Origin: Hyaloraphidium curvatum SAG 235-1
Lineage: Eukaryota > Fungi > Monoblepharomycota
NCBI GenBank assembly: GCA_025558095.1
Contig: JAIVFI010000042.1
Location: forward strand, 372,001-436,000
DNA length: 64,000 bases
Direction: 5' to 3'
This document shows positions 46,451 to 57,735 of the stretch, one piece after another. The notes under the pieces were generated by a model. That model saw only the letters and a program-made list of their open reading frames with translations, searched no databases and was not told the DNA's origin. The position numbers and the translations under genes were made by a program. Within the stretch, counting starts at the first letter, position 1; each line of letters opens with the position of its first letter.

Positions 46451-47774
46451 GCGGCCCGGGGACCCGCTCGCGGCGACGACCGGTGGTCGCGCGAGGCAGC
46501 CGGTCCGACCGAGGGCAACGGCCGTCCGGAGCCTTCCCATGAACGGGGGAGCTTTCCCTGCGCCAATCTGCCGCAAGATGCGGGCCCGATGGCCGGCTCC
46601 CGGAGGCGCTCCGGAGAAGGCGGCGGGGACGGAGGGATGGCGCCGCGTCCGGGGCCGACGACCGGGATTCAGTCGGTTCCCGCTTTCTTTGCGATGAGGA
46701 AGCTCCCGTTTCCGCGTCCGGATCCCTCGGGCGCGGTCCGCGGAGCCCGCGGGGGGATCGGCGGCCAATCGCAAGACTGTCCGGCGCAACGGTCGACGGG
46801 CGCGCCCCGGGATCGACATGGAGGCCCGAGATGTTGCTATGGATCGAAGATGCGGTCGAGTGCGGCGTCTTCCCTGGTGTCGTGGGGGGCCGCGAGGTGG
46901 GGGAGGCAAAGCAGCTGTCACCCCGCGTTCGACCGCCGCCGTGGGAGCGGAACAGTACATCGCGCCCGCGGAGCCGCCGGATCGGCATCAAAGACGGGCG
47001 AGGGCGGACCGGGTGCGGCACGGCGTCATTGGCGGTCGCGCGGAGGATCGGGCGCGGCGGTGGCGGGCGCTTGCCGTACGGAGACCGTTCTCACGTGCCA
47101 TCCGCGGCCGGGTGCGCTCCCGGAGGAGGATTCCGTCCGATCGGAGGCCAATCACACGTATCCATCCCACCGCAGCCTGTTCGCTCCGCCGCTTGTGCCG
47201 CTGCGGGCGCATCCTAGGTGGGCCCGCGACGATCTTCGGGGCCAGGCTATTCGGGGCTTGGGCCGGGCCAGCTTTGCCGACAAAGGGCCCAGCAAGCGCA
47301 CCACCACCCCGCACGCACCAGGTGAGCAGCGCACCGCCGCAACGGGCGGGCGCAGCGCGGGCGCGACAGGAGGCTGCCGGCGGCGGCGCGCGGCGCGGGG
47401 CCGGGGGCGCCGAGCGCGGGCCGGGAGACAGTCAGCCGGGGGCCATCCCCCGCGCGGGCAACCCCGCCGCGCCAACCCGCGCGCAGCGCCATCGCGTCTA
47501 TTGCCGCCAGAAAGGGGCATCGGCCGGCGGCGCGGATGGCGGCGGGGCGCGGGCACCGGCGGGCGGCCGCGGGCGGGTGCCGGGAACCCGGTGCCGCCGG
47601 CGGATGCGCGCACCAACCCGCCCTGCCCGCGCTTCCAACGGCCGCGGGACGCCTCTCCGTCCTTTTGCCGACCGCGCGCGCACGGTGCTGACGCTCCCGC
47701 CCCGCTCCCGCCCCCCCGCGCCCGTTTGTTTCTTTTCCAGCTCTCCCTCCCCGCAACACCACCCGGCATCCGAA

Positions 47775-48160
47775 ATGGGCGGCGTCATTTCGTGCGACAA
47801 GCTCTGCGGCGGTGACCCCGACCCGAGTGGGTTCCGCGCCGTCCCGCGTGCTGCCGACCCGGATCACCGTCTGACACATGCCTTCCCCAACCCCCATCGA
47901 CGCCCCCTCGCCCCTCCTTCCCCCCTCGTCCACCCTCCCTCCCTCCCCCTCCCCTCTTCCGCCCGCCAGAATCCAACCCCGGCCCCAAGGGCTACGCCGG
48001 CCCCGGCTCGTACCTCCCCCAGGGCGGCGCCGACGTCTCCGACCCCGAGATCGAGCGGCAGGAGGCCCAGCGCGCCCTCGAGGCCGCGGCCAAGGTCGCG
48101 CAGGAGCAGGGCAGCCTGGCCCACGGCACGACGCAGAGGGTCACCGCCACCGGCGCCTAG
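47775..48160 (+). CDS. Small spliced protein (80 aa) with N-terminal myristoylation/palmitoylation-like motif
   Basis: Exons 47775-47826 and 47970-48160 (intron GTGGGT..polypyrimidine..CAG) total 243 nt: MGGVISCDKLCGGDPDPKSNPGPKGYAGPGSYLPQGGADVSDPEIERQEAQRALEAAAKVAQEQGSLAHGTTQRVTATGA*. Confidence 0.6.
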
Positions 48161-49039
48161 ATGCCGGTGCGGGAAAGGGCGATCGGTGGGCCCGCCGGGG
48201 CGAGGGCGGACTAAATGGAGCCCGGGCGGACGCCGGTCGCCGCGTTCTATTGGCCACGGATCAGCGGGGCCGTTTCTTAAGGAGGAGATGGGATGTAACT
48301 TCGTCGAGAACGACATAATGTTTCGAGCATCTCTCTGCCGACGCAAGTCGGGGTCCATCCGGTCCATCCATGCCATCCAATCCGCCCGGTGAGCCTGGAC
48401 GACGCGTCGAATAGTCTGCTGGCAGCACACAGGAGGTGCGCGGGGTCCGAGGGATCTGGAGAGCGGGCGGCGGGGTCCCCCCTTTTGCTCGCTTTCCTCG
48501 GCCGCCCGGCACATCACCTTCCCCGGCCGCCAGCCCCATCCATCCCGCATCCAGCACCCCATCCAACCCAATCCCCACCCCATCCCGCCCTCCCTGCCCC
48601 GATTCGCCCCGCGATCTCGCCGGATGGCCTCGCGCTGCCCCCGCCGATGGTGGCTGTGGAGGTCCCCCGCAGGGGACAGGGGACCCCGTCAAAACCGGGG
48701 CGGAGCAAACCGCCAAATCCCAACCGCAATTGCCAACGCACCGCGGACACCGGGGAGGAGCAGGCAGCCCAGCGTGCGTATCCGAGGGAGGATTGGGAGG
48801 CAGAGGGAGAGCTGACGCCGCTTTGCGCCGCCCGGCAGACGCGGAGCCGCGCACCGACGACGACGCCGACCCCGCGCGACGGACCGCCCCTTCCCGGCGC
48901 CCAGCGAGCAGCGGTTCCCCCGGCACCCCACCGGGCCCTCCGACATCTCCGCCGCGCGTCTCCCGCCCCCGCCCGCCCGTGGCTCGCTTTGCCCGGAAGC
49001 GGCGCACCGAAGTAGCCTCCCCACCGCGCGCCCCTGAAC

Positions 49040-50532
49040 ATGGCCCGCCCCGCACTCCTCGCCGCCGCCCTCGCGGCGCTGCTCGTCCCCGCGAGGGCGT
49101 TCGTCGACTACAGCTTCCCCAACGAGACCTTCACCTACCGCGGCAGGCAGTGGACGGTGCCGGTGCAGCCGCGGACGCCCGGGTACTTTGGTGCGCCTAC
49201 CCTCCCGCCCGAGGTCTCCCCGGGCAAAGCCGGTGCATGGAGCTGACCGCCGCATTCGTTTGCAGACTGGGACACGGTCGCCGGGTGCGTCGACTACTCG
49301 GGCGCGTACCACTACAACTGCCCCGGCGCGCGCAAGATCACCCTGTCGCTCGACGACGGCCCCGCGTGCGTGCCCCTTGCCCGCCCCCCACCCCCCGCAG
49401 CATTGTGCTCACCCCGCTCCCGTCTCGCTGTAGCCCGCTGACGGCCCGCGTGCTCGACATCCTCAGGGAGAACGACGCCAAGGCCACCTTCTGCCTCATG
49501 GGGATCAAGATGACGCCCGAGACGGAGGCGCTGGTCCGGCGCATGGCGGACGAGGGACACGACCTCTGCGTGCGTCCCCCGCGCGCACTCCCGCACCCCG
49601 GGCCGCGGCCTGACCCGCGTCCCCCGGCCGCAGATCCACACCGAGAACCACCTCCACCTGACGCAGCTCTCGACGCAGAGCATCATCGACGAGATCACCT
49701 GGGTCATGGACAAGTTCAAGGCCATCCTGGGCGTTACCCCGCGCTACTTCCGGCCGCCGTTCGGGGAGAGCGACATGCGCGTCAGGGCCGTGGTGGAGCA
49801 GCTCAACCTGACCATGTTCCTCTGGGTGGGTCTCGCGACGGGGGCGCCGTCCGTCCGCGGGAGGTGCTGACGGTCCCCCCCTCCGCCCCCGGTGCGCAGA
49901 ACCTCGACAGCTGGGACTGGAAGCAGAACTCGACCGAGTCGGTCGAACGGCTCCGCGGCGCCATGGCAACCACCGGCACCTGGCAGTGGGCCAACCCCGC
50001 TGGCGAATCGTACGAGGTCCTCGCCCACGACATACACCGCGTCACCGTCGAGGAGTTTGTCCCCGCGGTCGTGCGCGAGGCCCGCGCCCAGGGCTGGCGG
50101 ATGGTCGGGCCCTCGGACGCCACCTGCACGGGCAAGACGCGGTGGATCGAGGGCGGGGAGGATGTCTACGCGCGCGAGAAGGGGAGGGCGAGGGGGCTGG
50201 CGGCCGCCAACATCCAGAGCCTGCTGGTGCCGCTCGACTACGAGCAGCAGGGCGCCGCGCCGCCGCCCGAGGCGAGCAACTTTGGCAAGCCGTCGACGTC
50301 GACCTCCTCCACCACCGCCGTCGCCACCCCGGCCATGACCCCGGTCCCGGCACGGCCGACGGGGGCGGCGGTGGACGACAACGTGGCCAACGACGCGGCG
50401 CCCAAGACCGCCACCGCGGGCAGGCCGACGCAGGTGGCCGAGCCCTCGGTCCCGGCTTCGGCGGGCAGGGCGGCGGCTGCCGGCGCCGGCATCGTCGCGG
50501 CGCTCGCGGGCGTCGTCGCGGCGCTGGTCTGA
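49040..50532 (+). CDS. Chitin deacetylase (CE4/NodB), secreted, probably GPI-anchored (5 exons)
   Basis: Signal peptide; CE4 motifs SLDDGP, HTENH, RPPFGE, DSWDW, LAHD; S/T-rich stalk and hydrophobic C-terminus; introns 49191-49265, 49366-49433, ~49570-49632, ~49825-49899. Confidence 0.9.
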
Positions 50533-50808
50533 TCGGACTCGGGGAAGTTGGCTGGGTGGGGACGCATGGGGACGGCGGGCGCTGGTGTACAGCGGATGGA
50601 GGCGGATGGAGGGGAAGGGAGACCCGCATCTACTAGATTAGCACTCGCGAAATGCCGTTGTATGATTTTGGGGGAAGAACATGCTGTGCTTGCAACCTCG
50701 TTTCGGCTGGAGGTTGCTTTTGTCCGAGCTTTGGCCGTGGTGACTCCCCTGACTACTTCGGACAGCCACCACTGCTGCAGCTGCATCGTGCCAATCGAGT
50801 CCAACGAG

Positions 50809-51510
50809 ATGGCAGCCTCACAGGAATCCACGATCCAGCGCATCGAGCAGTTCTGCGAGGAGAAGCGCATCCCGACGGACGGCATCCTGGCCATGACGGT
50901 GCAGCGCAATCGCATGACTTCGTTCTTCTCCATCATCGTCGACTTTGCCGGCGGCAAGCTGCTCCCTCTGTACCCCGCCGAAGCGCTTTCGCGATACTCC
51001 GAAATCGTCGTTCCGGACGACAAGCGCGGCCCGGACTTCCTGGTGTGCTACCTCGCCGGCCTCGCCCCGATCCCCAACCAACCCCCCGTCGAAGCCAACA
51101 CGATGGCCTACGAGCATCCCCCCTTCTGCTGCCGCTCGATCGCGCCCTACAAGCCGCGGCCGCTCCACACCGAGCAGCCCTTCCGCGATCTGGCCGCGGG
51201 ATCGGGCGGGCACCACCCCACCCTGGTCTTCGAGGTCAAGCGGCAGGTCGACGACGGGCCCCTTGTCTCGACGAGGTACTACCAGCTCATCGGCGTCGGG
51301 CTCGTGGAGAGGACGGACGGGCCGTTCGTGGACAAGGCGCACGCCTTCAAGAACTACAAGTGCTCGCGGTACGGGCTCTTTTTCGGCGTCGACCTGTTCA
51401 GGGCGCCCGAGGCGGCGGCGCGGGCCAACTACCACCACATGCGGCTCAACCCGTTCGAGCATCGGAACGCCGCGGTCGAGGACGAGTGCTTTGTGGCCGC
51501 CGGCGTGTGA
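50809..51510 (+). CDS. Hypothetical protein
   Basis: Intact ORF with strong GC3 codon bias and globular composition; no motif recognised. Confidence 0.55.
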   Translation: MAASQESTIQRIEQFCEEKRIPTDGILAMTVQRNRMTSFFSIIVDFAGGKLLPLYPAEALSRYSEIVVPDDKRGPDFLVCYLAGLAPIPNQPPVEANTMAYEHPPFCCRSIAPYKPRPLHTEQPFRDLAAGSGGHHPTLVFEVKRQVDDGPLVSTRYYQLIGVGLVERTDGPFVDKAHAFKNYKCSRYGLFFGVDLFRAPEAAARANYHHMRLNPFEHRNAAVEDECFVAAGV

Positions 51511-51801
51511 TCCAGTTTTCGTCCGACGACTAGTGTCCGAACGGACGGATGATGATGGAGTGAGGCTGGATGGAACGCCGGCGGGGGAGAAGGGACACCC
51601 TTATCTACCAGAATGGCACTCGCGGATGGCCGATATGTATCATTTTGGGGGGCGCAAATGCAAATGCTCTGCATGCTCGAGATTGTTGGAGTGTCGGTTC
51701 CGCTGACGCATCGGTCCGACGGCGACGGTCACGAGGCGCAACCCCCTTCATTTGCCCTTCCGTCATCCGCCTGTTCCCTTCGAAATCCGCACCACAGCAA
51801 G

Positions 51802-52688
51802 ATGTCAGTCCGCGGCTCCGCGCGCTCCCCGTCGCCCGCGCGCCTCCGCCGGGACTGGTCCGCCCCACGCGGCCGTGACCGCGCGCCTCCGCCCCCGCAC
51901 GGCTTCGACGACGGCCACGACACGCTGCGATCGCTGTGGAGGGAGAAGCGCTATCTGAGGTGGACAATTCCTTCGCCGCGGGGAACCCGGGGGCTGATGT
52001 GGGACGGGGTGCAGGGACCAGCTGGCGGTGGCCGACGACGAGGTCGACCGCAAGGAGGCCGTGATCATCCGCCTGCTACGCCAGGGCACGGAGCTCAAGG
52101 AGCAAGGCGCCGACCTGGAGCTTCACGTGCAGACGGAGAGGGGCGAGAAGAAGGCGCTTTGGGAGAAGGTTGGCAAGCTGGGGAGACGGGTCAAGGAGTT
52201 GGAGCGGGAGGTGGGCGGTTCCGAGTGATCGGCACGGAGGAATCAGCTAATCCGTGGCGCTCAATTCTCACGATGGCCCACAGCTGGACGAGGCGAAGGC
52301 CGGACAGGACGAAGACGACGACTGCCGCATCATCAAGCCGCTCCCCTATCCCCTCCCCGATCGCGACGAAGATCGCGACACCGCCATGGCCATCGAGCGC
52401 TCTCTGCAAGACCACGTCGCCGCCCAGGCGTCCCACATCAAGGTGCTGGAGGACCGCGAGGCCGAGCACGTCGGGCGCATCGCGGACCTCGAGTTGCAGG
52501 TTGCCGCCGTGCGCGCGGAGAAGAATGCCAAGGTCGCCAGGCTGCGCGAGATCATCGCGGTGATGGACGTCAAGGACGGGGCCGGCGTGGAGGAGGTCTG
52601 GGAGCCGGAGCCGGAGCCAAACGACGAGGAGGTGCTGGAGGATGCGGAGAATTGGATCCAGGTTGACGGGAACGGGGAGCAGGCGTAG
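51802..52688 (+). CDS. Hypothetical coiled-coil protein (3 exons)
   Basis: ORF pieces joined by introns at ~51960-52013 and ~52211-52283; heptad-rich E/K/L segments. Confidence 0.55.
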
Positions 52689-53094
52689 GCTTGCATGGGG
52701 ATGGCTCCGACCGCTACGAATTTGATGCGATTGGATGGCGTAGGAACATCGTTCGTGCTGTTATCTTGAGCAACATGGGGACACGCGGGCTTCGCGTTAC
52801 GAGTCGACGCACACCCGGAGCACCATGCCCCCTGAGGCGGCGCTCTCTTCCGGCATTTTTCCGCGCGGACGGCGGGTTTCCGCGGGCGTACGGTGGCGGG
52901 CGCGGGGCCATGGGTGCGGGCCGACGACGTGCCCCCGGACCGCCGCCACGGCTCTTCCCCGCGCCTTCCCTTGGCTGGCTTGCCTCGGATCGGGCTTTAC
53001 CCACTCCAAGCGCCTGCCGTCCGCGCGGACCACGGGGTTGGCCGGCGTCGGGACGGTCTCGGGACGTGATCATCCCGCGGGCCCGCGGCGGCGC

Positions 53095-53351
53095 CCTTCC
53101 TGATGTACGTTAACTTGTAGCCCGTCGTGAGCGCGTCGCGCAGGACCTCGGCGAACGGGTGCGCGGGGAACGTGCAGGCGTCGTCGTGCCGCACCCAAGA
53201 GGCCTGTGTCCGCCTTGCGCACGTCGGCAACGTAGTGCCCTGCGCCGTTGGGACCCTGGTGCTGGAAGACGCTGCGGGGCGGCGGCGCGATCGGACACGC
53301 GGTCAGCAGCGACCAGCTCGGACGTTTTCCGCCCAGTGGCCCGAAGCCCAC
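53095..53351 (-). pseudogene. Orphan C-terminal fragment of a ubiquitin-specific protease (peptidase C19 His box)
   Basis: VFQHQGPNGAGHYVADVR / WVRHDD / GYKLTYIR with a frameshift near 53200; preceded by an intron-like 53272-53351; no Cys-box exon upstream. Confidence 0.6.
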
Positions 53352-53360
53352 CGCGACTTC

Positions 53361-53701
53361 CGTCGAAGGACCAGCCGGACCTCGTCTTTGGGTACAACGC
53401 CGGCCTGCTGAGCTACCCCGGCTGGGCCAACGTGCTCATGCAGGCCGCCGTCTTGCGCATCCCGTTCGCGTGCACCGAGTACACCGAGCAGTCGCTCGAC
53501 ACGCAGATGGTGCTGGTGCGGGCAGTGCTCGAGCGGGCCAGAATGTTCGCGGGGGATCGGGCGCCGCGGGAGGCGGACGTGCGGATGGGGATCAACCCGT
53601 TCAGGGACCCGGGGCAGAGGCGGATCCCGGCGTTCAAGGTGCCCAACTTCAACAACGGGTTCCTGATGACCATGTATAGGGGTGAGGTCGCCGAGCCGTA
53701 G
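53361..53701 (+). pseudogene. Orphan C-terminal fragment of an MSS51/zf-MYND-associated protein
   Basis: PDLVFGYNAGLLSYPGW...PFACTEY...NPFRDP...PNFNNGF resembles the MSS51 C-terminal domain; N-terminal part absent. Confidence 0.55.
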
Positions 53702-53921
53702 GCCAGCAGTGCATGGGGTTGATGGGGAGGAAGAGCCTGAGCTATAACCGGTGCCAGCTCGAAAGTAGTTTCGTCGATACACTATACCCGTGATGCCGCG
53801 ATTCTCGGCTATCTGGTGTCCGACAGCGGGATGGTCGCGAGGGGACGACGGCGAATTTGCCCCCGGCCCGCTTCGACGCCACATCGACTCCACGAAACTC
53901 TCCCTTGTACACTCCTCCGCG

Positions 53922-55061
53922 ATGCCCCTGCCCGTGGTCGACTTCGCCGGCTTTGGCGACGGCGCCGAGGTTGATTCCCGCGTCGCCTCCGAGATCTTCT
54001 CAGCGCTGTCGGCGTCGGGGTTCATGGTGGCCAAGAACCTCTTTCCTCCCTCGTTCGCGCCGCTGCTCGCCGCGGCGTTCGACCGCTCCGCCGCCTTTTT
54101 CGCGCGCGACGGCGAGTACAAACGCCGCTTCTCGGACGCCCACGTGCGGCGACCCCGTCGCAGCGCTACACATTGGGGATTCACTGCGTTCGGCCAGGAG
54201 CGCTTCGAAGCCGGCAAGGTCGACCAGAAGGAGGTGCTCGACCTGTGCAAGGACCTGCTGCACCGCGGCTCCCACCCGGACGAGCTGGCCGGCCAGGACG
54301 CAGACTGGGCGACCTTCGAGACCTTCCTGCGGGCTTGCCACGATGCTTCCCTGCGGCTGTACTCCGCCATCGCCCTCTCCCTCGGCCTGCCCCGCGACCA
54401 CTTTGACGCCTGGCACAAGTGGTCGCTCCCAGCCGCCGGAGAGGAGCTCCGCTTCCTGCACTACCCGCCGCAGCCGCCCTCCCGCAACGAGCCCGAAGGC
54501 CAAATCCGCGCCGGCGCCCACACGGACTACGGCTCGGCCACGCTGCTGTTCCAAAAGGACGTCGGCGGGTTGCAGGTGCTCCACCCGCAGCGCGGCTGGA
54601 CCGACGTGCCGGTGCTCGCGAAGCCCGGCGAGGAGCACCTCTACACCGTGGTCAACACCGCCGACCTGATGGAATGGTGGACCAACGGGCTCTACCCCAG
54701 CACGGCACACAGGGTTGCGATGCCGAGGAACGAGGGCGAGTCCGCCGCACGGTACTCGATCGCGTACTTCTGCCACGCCAACGACCCCGTGCCTCTGGAC
54801 CCCATCGCGGCGTCGCCGGTGGTCAGGGAGCGCACGGGACTACATCGTATTCGGGGGAGTGGGGACAAATACGTCCCGGGTGAGTGGGAGGGAGCGATCC
54901 CGCGGCTCAAGGGGATCGAGGGGCACGTGGCGTGGAACCCCGAGGGCGGGGAGGACGAACGCGCGGCCGCCGGGGACGCCGAGGGATGGCTGCTGCGCCG
55001 GATGGGGTTCACGCGCTCGTGGAAGTACGAGAATCGGCAGGAGGAGAGGGCGAGGATGTGA
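53922..55061 (+). CDS. 2-oxoglutarate/Fe(II)-dependent oxygenase (IPNS/DIOX-like)
   Basis: LPVVDF, LRFLHYPP, RAGAHTDYG (HxD), GGLQV, STAHRV (distal His), RYSIAYF (RxS). Confidence 0.92.
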   Translation: MPLPVVDFAGFGDGAEVDSRVASEIFSALSASGFMVAKNLFPPSFAPLLAAAFDRSAAFFARDGEYKRRFSDAHVRRPRRSATHWGFTAFGQERFEAGKVDQKEVLDLCKDLLHRGSHPDELAGQDADWATFETFLRACHDASLRLYSAIALSLGLPRDHFDAWHKWSLPAAGEELRFLHYPPQPPSRNEPEGQIRAGAHTDYGSATLLFQKDVGGLQVLHPQRGWTDVPVLAKPGEEHLYTVVNTADLMEWWTNGLYPSTAHRVAMPRNEGESAARYSIAYFCHANDPVPLDPIAASPVVRERTGLHRIRGSGDKYVPGEWEGAIPRLKGIEGHVAWNPEGGEDERAAAGDAEGWLLRRMGFTRSWKYENRQEERARM

Positions 55062-55236
55062 GGCGCGGCGATCAAGGAAAGGAGTGGAAGAGGTACGGGA
55101 GCTTCGTCGTGCAGGAGCCATCAGCACTGATAGATAACGTAAGGCGATGCCTCGTGCTTTCATCAATCAGCCTGAGGATCGAGTGAGGAGTGTTCGCGGA
55201 CGAGCGACCCACCTCCCACAGCTCCGTTCCCGCAAG

Positions 55237-55970
55237 ATGTCCTCCCGCGTCCTCATCATAATGGAATCGCTCGCGGCGCAGCACTGGTTGCGCACGCTGC
55301 TCCGCCTGTGCCTCGCGTGCCGGGCATGCTACACAGCCGGCTTGCCGCTGCTCCTGCGGCGCGTGGACGTGGACGCGGGCAACCTCGAAAAGGTCATCGC
55401 GCGGTTCGAGGGAGAGAGGACGGAGGGATTGCGGTTCGGAGACGGTGCGGGGGCGCGGGAATCTCGTTTTCGGAGGTCGCGGTCCGCTTCGCGTCGGCGA
55501 ACATGGCTTCGCTGCTCCGCTTCCTCGTGCCCAAGTTCCGTGGCCTGCAATCGTTCGAGCTGGATCTGTCGGGACGTTGGCCCTGCAGCTTCGGCTCATC
55601 GCCCGTCAACGAGGCCCAATCGGCTTCCCTCGCCGTCCGACTCGGGGGCAACATCGCCACCTTCGCAACCCCTGTCTGGATTGCGCTCGGCCTCCTGCAT
55701 GCCTCCCTTTCGTGGCCTGGAAGCGGGCGTCTGGTCATTTGTGCCCACAATTCCGCCCTGTACGCGAGCCGGGCCGAGCTCGTCCGCTCCGAGCAAGTCG
55801 TAAGCTGGCCCAACGCGCCCGCCTTTTTGGGCTCCGGCGGGAAGAGCGCCTGGGAAGCTGAAATCCGCGTCCTCGAAGACCACAGCGCCACCGGGGGAAT
55901 GAGCTTGGAGGAGCAGCGGGAGTACTGGGTTCTCCCCGGGCGTGGCGCTGCGGTGGTTTCAAGAACTCGA
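55237..55970 (+). pseudogene. Degenerate F-box/LRR-like gene
   Basis: IIMESLAAQHWLRTLLRLCLACRACYTAGLPLL resembles the N-terminus of 37170-38276; frameshift near 55450. Confidence 0.4.
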
Positions 55971-56720
55971 AGTTCGAAGACGGCGCCTCCAGGGTTTCGG
56001 CTTCTGCATCGCGAAGGGGAGCACGATGTCGACGAGCAGGTAGGTGAGGTCCAAGGCACCCCGGATTGTGCGCGTGTCGGCGGCCGTCGGCCAGTCCGGG
56101 GTCGCGACGAGGAGGACGAGGGCCGGGTTGGATGCCCCGCAGAGTGCGATGGTGTCTAGGAGGGAAACTTCGTCGGCGATGCGCTTCCGCAGCGGCTGCG
56201 AGAGGCCGGCGCCCTTCACGAGCAGCAGGGCCGTCATCGTGGGGATCCACAGCAACACCCAGAACGGCGTCGGATCGCAGGCCCCCAGGTCGCCCTTGGT
56301 GAGGTCGTCGGCGCACGTCTCCATCTGCTCCACGGTGGGAAAGCCCCAGGCGGTGCGCAAGGAGGGATCGAGGAACGCCTCCGCGTACCGGCGCGCCACG
56401 GCGAGCGACTGCTGCAGCGTGCGGCCCAGAACGTGCTGGGCGACGTCCTCCGGGGGAAGCGCCGTGGCCGGGGCGCCTTGTTTTTCCAGAAAGAAAGGCG
56501 CCAGAACGCCGCGCTCGCTCCACTCGAAGGCGCCGTCGGTGACCAGCCCGAACAGCAGCGCGCGAGCGGCGTGCAGCTCCTGCTCGCAGGCCATCGAGGG
56601 GCCCTGCGCGGGCTCTTCAGCCAGCCTGGACCGCGGGAGCGTCGGGCCGCCTTGCATCTTGTTGACGAGCTCTTCTAGGCCGACCGTCGCGCCGGTGAGG
56701 TGGCCCTCGACCGCAGCCAC
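55959..56720 (-). CDS. Hypothetical protein, apparently 5'-truncated by the tandem array
   Basis: 253-aa helical-looking ORF abutting the first repeat unit; upstream in-frame TGA lies inside the repeat. Confidence 0.35.
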   Translation of the reverse strand: MAAVEGHLTGATVGLEELVNKMQGGPTLPRSRLAEEPAQGPSMACEQELHAARALLFGLVTDGAFEWSERGVLAPFFLEKQGAPATALPPEDVAQHVLGRTLQQSLAVARRYAEAFLDPSLRTAWGFPTVEQMETCADDLTKGDLGACDPTPFWVLLWIPTMTALLLVKGAGLSQPLRKRIADEVSLLDTIALCGASNPALVLLVATPDWPTAADTRTIRGALDLTYLLVDIVLPFAMQKPKPWRRRLRTSSS

Positions 56721-56721
56721 G

Positions 56722-57735
56722 AAAGTAAGCTCGGGTTGCTCGGGAGCGTCTTTTCAGAGCGGCATGCCGGATCCTTGGGGCAGGAGGCGCGGTCTTCGGA
56801 GGATGATCGGGGTGGCCATCACGGCCGGAACGTGGGACCCTCCATGCCGGCGCGCCAAGCAACGGATTCGACGCAAAGTAAGCTCGGGGCGCTCGGGAGC
56901 GTCTATTCAGAGCGGCATGCTGGATCCTTGGGGCAGGAGGCGCGGTCTTCGGAGGATGATCGGGGTGGCCATCACGGCCGGAACGTGGGACCCTCCATGC
57001 CGGCGCGCCGCGCAACGGAATCGACGCAAAGTAAGCTTGGGTTGCTCGGGAGCGTCTATTCAGAGCGGCATGCTGGATCCTTGGGGCAGGAGGCGCGGTC
57101 TTCGGAGGATGATCGGGGTGGCCATCACGGCCGGAACGTGGGACCCTCCATGCCGGCGCGCCGCGCAACGGAATCGACGCAAAGTAAGCTTGGGTTGCTC
57201 GGGAGCGTCTATTCAGAGCGGCATGCTGGATCCTTGGGGCAGGAGGCGCGGTCTTCGGAGGATGATCAGAGTGGCCATCGGGGCGGGCTGATGGGACCCT
57301 CCATGCCGGCGCGCCGCGCAACGGAATCGACGCAAAGTAAGCTCGGGGCGCTCGGGAGCGTCTATTCAGAGCGGCATGCTGGATCCTTGGGGCAGGAGGC
57401 GCGGTCTTCGGAGGATGATCGGGGTGGCCATCACGGCCGGAACGTGGGACCCTCCATGCCGGCGCGCCGCGCAACGGAATCGACGCAAAGTAAGCTTGGG
57501 TTGCTCGGGAGCGTCTATTCAGAGCGGCATGCTGGATCCTTGGGGCAGGAGGCGCGGTCTTCGGAGGATGATCGGGGTGGCCATCACGGCCGGAACGTGG
57601 GACCCTCCATGCCGGCGCGCCAAGCAACGGATTCGACGCAAAGTAAGCTTGGGTTGCTCGGGAGCGTCTATTCAGAGCGGCATGCTGGATCCTTGGGGCA
57701 GGAGGCGCGGTCTTCGGAGGATGATCGGAGTGGCC
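56722..57735. repeat. 153-bp tandem repeat, 6 full units plus ~0.6 unit
   Basis: aaagtaagc recurs at 56722, 56875, 57028, 57181, 57334, 57487, 57640; units nearly identical. Confidence 0.97.

Noticed and set aside
46460-47770. Several 200-500 aa ORFs
   Set aside because: GC-rich non-coding or promoter-like DNA; translations are low complexity
56722-57735. CRISPR array, or a repeated exon-intron unit (each unit has GTAAGC...GGCAG, 59 nt)
   Set aside because: No unique spacers and no cas genes in a eukaryotic context; the putative exon would be 94 nt (frame-breaking) and there is no good branch point
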